A stretch of 31,327 nt of DNA from Ginkgo biloba. Taxonomy: Eukaryota > Plantae > Ginkgophyta. The stretch spans positions 52,398,675-52,430,001 of the forward strand of contig JANKJI020000002.1 of assembly GCA_024626585.2 (NCBI GenBank), read 5' to 3'. Within the stretch, counting starts at the first letter, position 1; each line of letters starts with the position of its first letter. Positions 1-10,385 of the stretch are shown here, one piece after another. The notes under the pieces were generated by a model that made no database searches, was not told the origin of the DNA, and saw only the letters and a list, made by a program, of their open reading frames with translations. Made by a program: the position numbers and the translations under genes.

Positions 1-1497
1 AAAATTAGCCAACATAGTATCCATCTCAAATCCATAAGTTTAACAAAAGTATTTCATTTCAAGTAATTTCTTTCACATAACAACATATATGGAAAAAGGG
101 TATGTAGCTCAATATTTCTTATACCCTTCAACAAGATTATGAGATACTTTGGATACATCTAAATCAAATACCTGTCTTTATGAGAAACAAAGAAGATGTC
201 TTAACATGGAACTGAAAAGGAAAATTAGTATGCTTCTTATTGAATTTAGCATATGGGTATTTGGTTAAGATTTAGGATATACTACTTATTCCTAACCTCA
301 AAAAAGTAACAGGGATGATTTGGACTTTAGAAGAAATTGCTAAGATCAAATGTTTCAACTTAACACTAATGTATCTAGACATTTTAGTGAGAGAAAAGGT
401 ATTTATGGGCCTTATAGATGCCACCTATGTTGTAGTGATGAAGAATCCTACATGCATATGTTTGTCACCTGCCCATTCTCCACCCAAATATGAAAGTTGT
501 ATGTAGAAACATTCATGGTGTGATGTACCTGGTTGGTAGGAGGATGAAGCAATTACCTTCAAAACATTGCAAAAGCATATGGATAAAGATCCAAGGGGGT
601 AATTAGCTCTATAATTGTCTCCAACGCTGGATTAAATTTTATTCTCCTTTGATATGGTCTAAAATTGAGCTTGTATGGATAATTCTAAATATCGTATCTA
701 TGTGCATGTTTGTAGAGAAAACCATGTCAATGTGTACTTATGGAGCGCACAAAAAGGCAGTACTGTGTTAGTGCACGCAAAAATGTAGTATAGTGTGCAA
801 TTATACGATGCGTTGCACATAACATCAAAACTCAAAAAATTGACCCAAAAAATGTATGGCTTCACAAGTGACTAAAAAATGATGACCTTCACAAGTCCTT
901 GAAGTTGCCAAACACTTATACAATATCCAAGTAGATATTCTATGCACTTATGAAATTGGTCCAAGATATCTAGCATAATCTTACACAAGATTCTAAGTAA
1001 GATCAAACATAAGCTTCACAAAGATAAATTGGACAAGAAATAAAATCTCTCTATTAATCCACAAGAATNNNNNNNNNNNNNNNNNNNNNNNNNNNNNNNN
1101 NNNNNNNNNNNNNNNNNNNNNNNNNNNNNNNNNNNNNNNNNNNNNNNNNNNNNNNNNNNNNNNNNNNNATTTTATTGTGTTAATAAAGCATGTGACAAGA
1201 GTGAATCAACTCAACATGAGAGGAAACATTGATTCAAACAATTGGTCATCCCAATTAGTCAAAACAATTATTAATACAAACAATGCAAGTTGTTTGAATC
1301 TTGAATCATATTAAGTTCAACATTGATAAGTAAGAAAGATGCAAGTTGTTTGGATTCTAATTATGTATGAATACATTTAAGGTTGGTGCACTAATAATAT
1401 AATGTACTACTAGTTCAATATTTTTTTATTGGTTGGTTAAGTTATTTAGTCTTGCAAATTCAGTGTATAATAGGTCCATTAATTCTTGTAGTCCTAA

Positions 1498-1648
1498 GAG
1501 AAATTTATCTTCTCATTAAAATGGACCAATGTGAAACTTGATTAGACAAGAAAGCAACTCATGCTCAACATGTTAAGATAATAATATACTACATGTCTAT
1601 CTAATCAAGTTTCCCATAGGTGCATTTTGATGAGAAAATATATTTCTC
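1498..1648. repeat. Inverted repeat / foldback (two 49-bp arms, 53-bp spacer); MITE-like or hairpin-RNA-like
   Basis: 1498-1546 (gagaaatttatcttctcattaaaatggaccaatgtgaaacttgattaga) matches the reverse complement of 1600-1648 at 43/49 positions with no gaps, by manual alignment. Confidence 0.85.
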
Positions 1649-2039
1649 CCATAGTCCCACACTCATAAAGATGGTGGATCCATATGGGTCCACCATTAGG
1701 GATCATAGATAGTTGAGTTTATATAATTTTGTATAATATAATGGATAATTAACCCTATACATAATTACTCAATTACATTCACATGTGCATGCACACACAT
1801 GGATCTCTCCATGATGATTTATTCTCCTTAATTTTATTAAAGATGAATAATAATTTTTATCTTATATATGTTGGATAGTTAAAGTTATACCATTAGTAAT
1901 TGTGATTCAATATTATCGTAGATATATTATATATAATGAGATTGAGATATATATGATTGAAATTATAATTGTGGAGAAAATTTAGAGTCATAATCGCATG
2001 CCTTATTATTTAATTAAATATGAGAAAATCCCTTTCACT

Positions 2040-3194
2040 TGGGCTACCAATTAGAGACCTTAAAAAGCCTCGCCAATAATGAAAGTCATGGTATTGATGG
2101 ATTAAACATCATACCATAGAAAGTTATAAATAATTGCATAACCTTTTGATGGAATTCAAGAAGTAGATGTGCATGGAGGCCCCACTGCAATATGCTCACT
2201 AATGGCAACTAGAAGACTTTGCAGTAGACTATGTGCCATGTTGGACTATGAACAAAACTCTGCCCAAACCAAAAGAGAATGATGAGATAGAAAAGTTTTG
2301 AGCTGTGATAGCCAAGTTAAAATTGGGAAAACAAGAAAATATGATGAACGAAAAAATGATAAGCAACCCAAATTCCACAAGCGACAAAGTTAATCGTGTG
2401 AAGCTTTGGTGTTTAATATGCAAGAAGGATACAACACGACACAAAGGATTGTTATTCCATTCCACAAAATCGACAAAACAATCCATATAGAGGAAATAGA
2501 GGGCCAATAAGAAAAATAATACGAGACATAATAATAACGCTAATCAAAATCACCCACCTCCAGTTCGATGTATGAGATGTTTAGAATGGAGGCACATCTC
2601 TAGAGGCTTCCCTTACATACAAAATAATGGTGGGATGTTATGTAATACTTATGACCCTAGAGACCACGCTTTGTAAAATTGTCCCAAGAAAGAAGGAGTA
2701 AAACTAGCAAGTTGAACTCCAAATGCTGGCAAATCGTTTGATGTCAATGTATGCACACACTCAGGAAAGAAGACAACATCAATGAAACAACCTGACACTG
2801 ATTTTCCAAATCCGAAGACTATTTTGGGGGGGGGGCAAATCAGAACTAGACATTATTGACTACGAAGCTAAAGCAAAAAAGAGGAGGCCCGTAAAATTAG
2901 AATAATTGCATGCGAAAAAGGCATGAGAAGAAGTTGATGACTTTTTAAATAGTCATCAAGGTGTACATACAAAAAAAACCTCAAGCACGCCTCCACCCCA
3001 CAACAAGAGGAAGAAGAACCGGAGGTAACTCAACAACCCAACTACAATGATTCCATCCACCTAGACCAACGATTAAAAGTTGGAGTTATTGAAACAATTG
3101 CCTGATAAGATGTAATTGAGCATCCCTTTATCCAAGACTTTTTAGCTATGGGAGCCAAGAACATTAACTGAGAGAAAAACGAAAACTCTAGCGC
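2040..3194 (+). pseudogene. Degenerate retrotransposon gag-like remnant with decayed zinc knuckles
   Basis: KLWCLICKKD..H..DC near 2401-2450 (frameshifted) and RCMRCLEWRHISRGFP near 2566-2613 resemble CX2CX4HX4C knuckles. Purine-rich, many stops, boundaries approximate. Confidence 0.4.
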
Positions 3195-4049
3195 NNNNNN
3201 NNNNNNNNNNNNNNNNNNNNNNNNNNNNNNNNNNNNNNNNNNNNNNNNNNNNNNNNNNNNNNNNNNNNNNNNNNNNNNNNNNNNNNNNNNNNNNCGTTCA
3301 AATTGAGGTCAATTCAGATCTAGTTAGATGAACATGCATATGGAAGCAACGATGGATCTTTGAGTGACCCCCACATCAACCTTGGTTGTACTTGGTTCAA
3401 TAAGTCTTTTGAATGCAATTCGGTATTATTATTTAACGACCCACAAATTGGTGCATATCATTAAACAAAAGATCAAAAATGATATTAGAGATAAATTCGT
3501 TGTTATTGATACGTTATTGTGATAGGTTACTCTAGATACATTAATGTAATGTCACTTCCTATAGAAGGGACAATTAAAAATATTTTATGTTTGGTCATAT
3601 TAAAGAGGTTCAAAATTATACTATCAATTTTATTCAATAATCTACTTCCAAAGAAACTTATTGTAACTAAACTAATGCTTAGTGAAACTTATTTTGAGCA
3701 ACCAACTCATTGACTATACTTTATATAAATTTGTATGTATTACATAAACCACCAAAATGAATTCATGTAATTCTGAATCTTATATAGCAATGTAATAGAT
3801 TGTAATGAATTATTGTTAGAAATTACACAAGTTGGAAATTACATTTAACATTGGAAAATGTATTGATCGAAAATGCCATCGTTTAATGAAAATGTTGATA
3901 TTAATACTTCACACTTATGTTTGTCTATGTGTATTTCTTAGCCCGATTATAAACACAACAAATCTGCATAGGTTAGAAAAAATAATGCTAACAATAAATA
4001 TTTATCATAGAATTTGATTAAATATGATGTATCATCAGGAATTCTCTTT

Positions 4050-4190
4050 CAAGCACACTATTGATAGAGATATATGAAGATCCATGGAAAAGGCCATCAT
4101 GGATGGATAATGCCAAGAATATATGTGCATGTATTTCTAAAGGCCCATTTATGATCTTGATGTCACTTAAAGACATTTCAATCGTGAGTG
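4050..4190 (+). pseudogene. Possible tiny hAT transposase (DUF659-like) remnant
   Basis: Frameshifted translation HTID / IYEDPWKRPSWMDNAKNICACI loosely resembles the AHCIDLMLEDIGK..W....AK.I...I segment of plant hAT transposases. Very short. Confidence 0.25.
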
Positions 4191-4896
4191 CATACGATAA
4201 TTTGGAACTAATTCACAAACATTTATGGCCCCTTAAATAAAAATATATAAATTATCATATGAGCATTAAATTAAGGAAGATAAATATGAATTGTGCACCA
4301 GGTAGTATACTTGAGTGATCATCAATCAATGATACTTTACAATTAATAAAGTAGGTAGATGATGTGAACACAAGTCCTTAAATGCATAAATGGATATAAA
4401 GTTTTAAAAATTTACTTCTATAATTCCTCAATAGTTTGTACTACCATGCATTTGAATGTATAAGAATGCCTCTAGGATTTTTTCTTAGAGTAGTTCATGT
4501 TTTAGTGATATATTAACAAAATGAATGTAGTTAATCCTCTCATCTTTATTTTTGGAATCATTTACTCTAAAATTATAATATCAAGTTGAAAATTTGTGTA
4601 TTTATTTTAAACGATATCATGAGTAGTTTTATAAAACACACAGTAACACATAAGTAATATTTTTTCGCTTACAACTACTTAATCTCATGTTAGTTTTTCA
4701 AATATGAAAACTTGATGTTGTGTTTATGCAATAAAGTTGAATAGTAAAATGCACCATCTGAGAAGTTTCTAGGAATAAGTTTGATTTGAGATGGAATAGG
4801 ATGTTATTATGAATGAAATTGCTTCTTTAACGCTTAAGTAGTGGTCAAATTTTTATGGCAATTATTTAACACAAGTTTGTATTATAGTGAGTGAGA

Positions 4897-4916
4897 GTGT
4901 GTGTGTGTGTGTGTGT
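4897..4916. repeat. (GT)n microsatellite
   Basis: About 10 GT units, directly visible. Confidence 0.9.
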
Positions 4917-5403
4917 ACATAGAGAAAGTATAAACTTGTGGTATATAATTGACACAATAAGGTTTTCTAATGTATTATGATTTATTCTAAAATGATCTCA
5001 TAATAAATAATTCTATATATTATTTACTATTTAGACTAGAGCATATAAAATTAATTATCTCAAAGAAATCACCACTCAAATGTAATTAGAATCAAAATTA
5101 TCAATGCATATGCTTTGGACCTCCCTAGTGATGTTTGTATTATTGGTCCCTTTATAATGTAAGTCAATCCACTTTTAACTAACCCTTGTATAATTTCCAT
5201 GTTCTTCCATATATAAAACANNNNNNNNNNNNNNNNNNNNNNNNNNNNNNNNNNNNNNNNNNNNNNNNNNNNNNNNNNNNNNNNNNNNNNNNNNNNNNNN
5301 NNNNNNNNNNNNNNNNNNNNTATAATGCCATGGGTTTTTCCTTTTTTTTTTTGAACCTAAAAACAAGAAAAGAAACAAGTTTGATGAGGCTTTGTTTCAC
5401 ACA

Positions 5404-5922
5404 TACACTGAATCTTATGTACTAGATACCTAACACTTATATATTCTAGTTTGAATTTAAGATTTCTTTAAGGAAAGAATAGATTTCTCAAACACAAAAA
5501 TAAGCATATTTGAGAAGGAAGCTACTTGGAATTAAAGTTAAACTCAATTGACAAAGGCAATAGGCAAAAAGGCAACTTACAACCCAAGTTGCTAGGTTTT
5601 TATATAGAATGGCATACACTATAGAAGGTGTATGTTTATTTTAAGAAAACAACCACGTACACTGAATCTTATGTCCAAGAGACCTAACAGTTATATATTC
5701 TAGTTCGAATTTAAGATTTCTTTAAGGAAAGAATAGATTTCTCAAACACAAAAATAAGTAAGTGATATTTGAGAAGGAAGTTACTCGGAATTATAGCTAA
5801 ACTCAATTCACAAAGGCCATTGGCAAATATTCTATAGCAAAAAGGCAACTTACAACCCAAGTTCCTAAGTTATTATATAGAATGCCATATTCTATAGAAG
5901 GTGTATGTTTATTTTAAGAAAC
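5404..5922. repeat. Tandem duplication, 2 copies of ~250-265 bp (5404-5650; 5658-5922)
   Basis: Both copies begin tacactgaatcttatgt, share gaatttaagatttctttaaggaaagaatagatttctcaaacacaaaaataag, and end ctatagaaggtgtatgtttattttaagaaa. They differ by scattered SNPs and two small indels. Confidence 0.95.
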
Positions 5923-6628
5923 AAGCTTCTCCCGGTTGCATGGAATACATTTTCATCCTAGGAGCAGTTAACTAGTTTGTTATCTAGGAAAAAATAAAGA
6001 TAGTGGTCATTGGCTCTATCTTATCTTGCTCAAACTTTATTAATTAATCATTGAATTAATTCACAAAAATATTGATACGTCTTTTGGTTGTATGTGCAGC
6101 ATTAACCAAGGTCATATTAAAAACTTACTCATAATTACTTGTATTCAGTAATAGTTGAGTCATTTATAGAGTTAATTAAAGGATCTTTTTAGTATGTTGG
6201 TTTATAGTAGACTAATAGATTTGTTGAAGGAAAGTTAAGCAATAGTTAGACCAAGTAGCCTAGTATTTAAGCATTGAACAAATTGTAAGAAGACAAGTAT
6301 TGATTGCCTCCACTTATGTTGTTTCAGATTACAAGTTGATAAAGGTTGGCTCTAGTTACGTACCCTAATCAATGCATATAACTATAATTAACTACATGTT
6401 TGATTGGATGGATTCTTATCTTTCCAATATATAGAATATAGATATTTCAAAATAATATTATTAGTATTATTTCATATTGATTTTACTATAGTCAAGTTTT
6501 GAGATGACTATGGTTAAGTATAGTTCTAATAATACTTACTTATGAGTATTACATTTTAAGTTTGGGACACATGTAGATGGGTTGATGTATATTGATGGGT
6601 GGATCAATGTCGATGGATGTTAGACACT

Positions 6629-7506
6629 TGATGTAGGAACATTGCAGAATTTTGATTTTATCAGAATTTTAGGAAGACGACACTGACAAACAAAGCATAA
6701 CAAAAGAGGGTTGATGACAAGGGACACCAAAATCAACTGACAAATGGAGAAAGATTTTGGTAGATGACAAAGAGGACCATAGAAAGGAGACTAATGGTGA
6801 CAATGGAGAACTGACAAGAGGGATGAAATAAAGGAGGAGGAAGCCCATGGTAATGGATGATAGACTAATAATCAAGCAAGGTTTGGTGGAGGATAGAGGT
6901 CACATAAGCAAGTGAGAAACTTGAACCCAATAATTAATGAATGGTAGGTGAGCTCCTACTAACAGAAAATTAATGGATGCCATTAATGTTTCACCACACC
7001 ATAAGGTCTTGATGCAAGATATTTTGGCGCTAAAAGAGAACCTTTTGGGAAGAAAAGAACATTCTAGAAGGGAGAGAGAATGGAGAGGAAGAGAGAATAG
7101 GGGAAAAGAGCATGAAGAAGGTAGTTGACTATGACAAGGATTAAAGTAGTGGCAAGCATAAGAAAGCAGAGGGGAAGAACACCAGTTAAGGAAGAGAGGT
7201 GAATCGCCCATGGAAATATGTTGTAAAAATCTTCGTAGAAAGGAGAATTGATATTGTATCCTTTTAATATCCTATGATGTATCTATAAAGCCTTTAAGGA
7301 ATATTAATGAAAGATGTTTTATGTTTTCATATTTTGAATTCATCTTTGATAATTTTCTTCCTTTTTCACATCTATAGTTGTGTCACCACATCGATATGCA
7401 CACACCCATTGGGATTTTTGTTATAAACCAGGTTATCTTTCTTGTACCTTACCATTATAACTAGCCTACCATCGTTGCAGTGTCGTTGGGTACCTGCGCT
7501 ACATCA
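6629..7506 (+). repeat. 5' LTR (878 bp) of the CRM-like element
   Basis: Starts TGATGTAG (6629) and ends CTACATCA (7506), a perfect 8-bp terminal inverted repeat. TATA-like ctataaag near 7283. Followed 2 nt later by the PBS. Confidence 0.85.
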
Positions 7507-7508
7507 TT

Positions 7509-7521
7509 TGGTATCAAAGCC
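7509..7521 (+). promoter_or_regulatory. Primer binding site complementary to the 3' end of tRNA-iMet
   Basis: TGGTATCAAAGCC versus canonical TGGTATCAGAGCC (one G>A change), directly after the LTR's CA. Confidence 0.9.
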
Positions 7522-7738
7522 TAGGTTAGATTTATTGTGGAGGTTATAGAAGTTAAAATAGAAAGGTAGTTGCAAGAAGAGCTAAGGAGTGGCTCACTGA
7601 GAAGTGAGAGTAGTCATAGCTAAGGAATTTATGGAGGATTATGGTGAGGAGAGATTAGGTTTTATTTCATTGAAGAATTATGCAGGAAATCCAAGGAAGG
7701 ATTAAAGAAAACCATTGATTGTAGTAAGGAGTTAAATA

Positions 7739-9150
7739 ATGGCACCAAGAGTGGCCAGGGATGGAGGAAGATTCACAACCAGTGGGAAGTTGAAATCCTT
7801 AAGGAGGGGAATCACAGAGTTAGAAAATGAGCCGTGAAGATGTAGGCCTGAAAGTGATTATGAATTACAACTAGAGGTAGAGGGAGGAGAGTGAGAAGAG
7901 CAAAGGATAGAAGACTTAGACACATTATTGGTAGAGTAGTTAAGAGATAAAAAAGGCAAAGTGAAGATGGAATTTTCATTTTTTCTAAGGAGTTTAAAGA
8001 TGGAAGATTTGTTGGACTGCGTAGGAGATATGGATGAGCATTTTGATTGGGAGGAGATAAAAGACCCCAAGAATGTAAAATTTGTATGCACTAAATTAAA
8101 GGGACATGTAGCTATCTTCAAAAGGAGAGGATAAAAAAATAAAGGAGAAGATTCAGACATGAAAAAATATAGTGCTAAAGTTTAAGGGAAAATTCTTACC
8201 TGTGNNNNNNNNNNNNNNNNNNNNNNNNNNNNNNNNNNNNNNNNNNNNNNNNNNNNNNNNNNNNNNNNNNNNNNNNNNNNNNNNNNNNNNNNNNNNNNNN
8301 NNNNATGGAATTTTCAAGATTCAAAGGGAGTTTGAAGATGGAAGATTTACTAGATTGGGTAGGATCTCTAGAGAAATATTTTAATTGGGAAGAAATAGAA
8401 AACCCTAAGAGAGTAAAATTTGCATGCACCAAGATAAAGGGATATGCATATTTATGGTGGGAGCATATGCAAAATGAAAGGGTAAGGAAATGTAAGGAGA
8501 AGGTTCAGACATGAAAAGAGATGGTGGAAAAGTTCAAGAGGAAATTCTTGATTTCAAACTATGGATAAAGACTATTTCGAGAATTATAGAACCTAAGACA
8601 AAGAGATAAGAGTGTGCAAGGGTACATTGATGAGTTTTATAATCTATCCATTAAGAGTGGACTTGACAAAGATGAAGATTAGTTAACGATAAGATACATG
8701 AATGGATTAAACTTTCCCATTCAAGACAAGATCACAGTGTATCACATGAGAATAATGAAAGAGGCATACCAGTTAGCACTGAAATTGAGAAGAAATTATT
8801 TACAAGTATAAGGAAAATACCTATGGTGAGGGGAATAGAGTCCTCAGTCCATAAGTGGAGAGGAGGCATTAGGACGTGGAGTAGAGAAAGTAGTTCTAAG
8901 AGCGATAGGCCAACAAGACACTCACATGACATAGGGTCAAGACCAAGTAGGGAAGTCATCGTTTAGAAAATTAAAGGACAAAGTGAGCTTGTTGAACAGA
9001 GAGGAGGAATCAACCAAGGATATAATGTGCCAAGAAGACTGACAATATGTTATAATTGTGGTGTGGAAGGCCACTGAGCATTTGAGTGTCCCACAAGAGA
9101 AGAAGATAGACCAAGACAAGAGGATCCAAGGGTGAATTTGTCCCATTAAG
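7739..9150 (+). pseudogene. gag: Retrotransposon gag (disrupted, partly duplicated across the gap 8205-8304)
   Basis: ATG at 7739 (MAPR...). EDLLDWVGSLEKYFNWEE..RVKFACTKIKGYAYLWWEH..KFKRKFL..NLRQRDKSVQGYIDEFYNL, and zinc knuckle CYNCGVEGH*AFECP at 9048-9092. Confidence 0.85.
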
Positions 9151-9379
9151 AGGAGAAGGCAGAGCATGTGGTTATAGAGAAGTCAAAGAGTTTGATGGTG
9201 AACATAACACTGTTGTCATTAGACGCAGGATCGACGATAATTGACAAAAGGCGATTGGCAAGTAGAAATAACATGCAAACAAATAACCAAAAACTATTAA
9301 TAAGAGAGGAAAGAAAACTAAGCACTAACAAAAAGTGTTTCGATGATGACTTAAGAGTGACAAACAACATGGAATAGAG

Positions 9380-9750
9380 GAAGCAAATTTTTAATACTAG
9401 ATGCACATATGGAGGTAAAGGATGCAAGATAATCATCAACGGAGGTAGTTGCAACAATATGGTATCAGTGGAGATCGTCTAGAAGATAGGTTTATTATGC
9501 CAAAATCATGATATGCCTTATCAAATTTCTTGGTTTAAGAAAGGATGTGAAATCACCATAAGATAAAGGTGTTTAATATCATTCTATATCGAGAACTACC
9601 AAGACAAAGTGTAATGTGATGTCATACCAATGGATGATTATCACCTTTTATCATAATGGTTATGGCTATTTGATTAATGAGCAATAAACGATGGGAGAAA
9701 GAACACCTACTCCATTAACAAGGATATAAGGAGGTTCATACTGCCACTAA
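9380..9750 (+). pseudogene. Retrotransposon aspartic protease (catalytic D mutated to N, stops)
   Basis: IFNTRCTYGGKGCKIIINGGSCNNMVS, PYQISWFKKG, Y.DKV*CDVIPMD..HLL, DGRKNTYS. Confidence 0.8.
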
Positions 9751-10138
9751 GAGAAGAAGAATCATCATAGTTGATCATGTTAATTAGACAATTCATAAAG
9801 AATGTGCAAGTCACTAGCTCATGTTATGCATTGATGGCAAAGAAGGTGGATGAGGAACGATCATAGATAGCACTGAAAAAATTCAGGGGACTATTAGAGG
9901 AGTATAAATATGCCACACCAGAGGAGTTACCAACGAGATTATCACTAGACATAGGCATCACTCATCAAATTAATTGAATTCTAGGATGTACTTTATCGAA
10001 CTAGGATGCATACTGACTAAATCCATAAGAGNNNNNNNNNNNNNNNNNNNNNNNNNNNNNNNNNNNNNNNNNNNNNNNNNNNNNNNNNNNNNNNNNNNNN
10101 NNNNNNNNNNNNNNNNNNNNNNNNNNNNNNNGAAGAAG

Positions 10139-10385
10139 TGTTAGATATATTAGGAATAATAGTACACTAATGTAATGAGTGTCATATATTGTGTGACATA
10201 AATAGATTAGAAATAGGAGGATTTATTATATTTCATAATTTAGTGATTAGTTGGCAGTTGGTTATATGGTAGTTCAATTTTATGAGTATATATGGTCCAA
10301 ATTCGAAGGTCTTAGATTGATAGAGACTGAAGTTTGTATTGATATTCAATTAATGCAAATATCTATCTCATTCATATTCTCTTCA
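10139..10385. mobile_element. Solo LTR (247 bp) inserted in the CRM-like pol
   Basis: Begins TG (10139) and ends CA (10385), flanked by a perfect 5-bp duplication AGAAG (10134-10138 and 10386-10390). Removing it restores the host RRNTY sequence, equivalent to GRKNTY in the paralogous copy at ~9693. Confidence 0.85.

Noticed and set aside
7509-7521. tRNA gene (also at 28869-28880)
   Set aside because: Only a 12-13-nt complement to the tRNA-iMet 3' end, i.e. a PBS, with no cloverleaf.
6669-9457. Hydrophobic/Ser-Leu-rich minus-strand ORFs
   Set aside because: Antisense shadows of the purine-rich LTR and gag strand.
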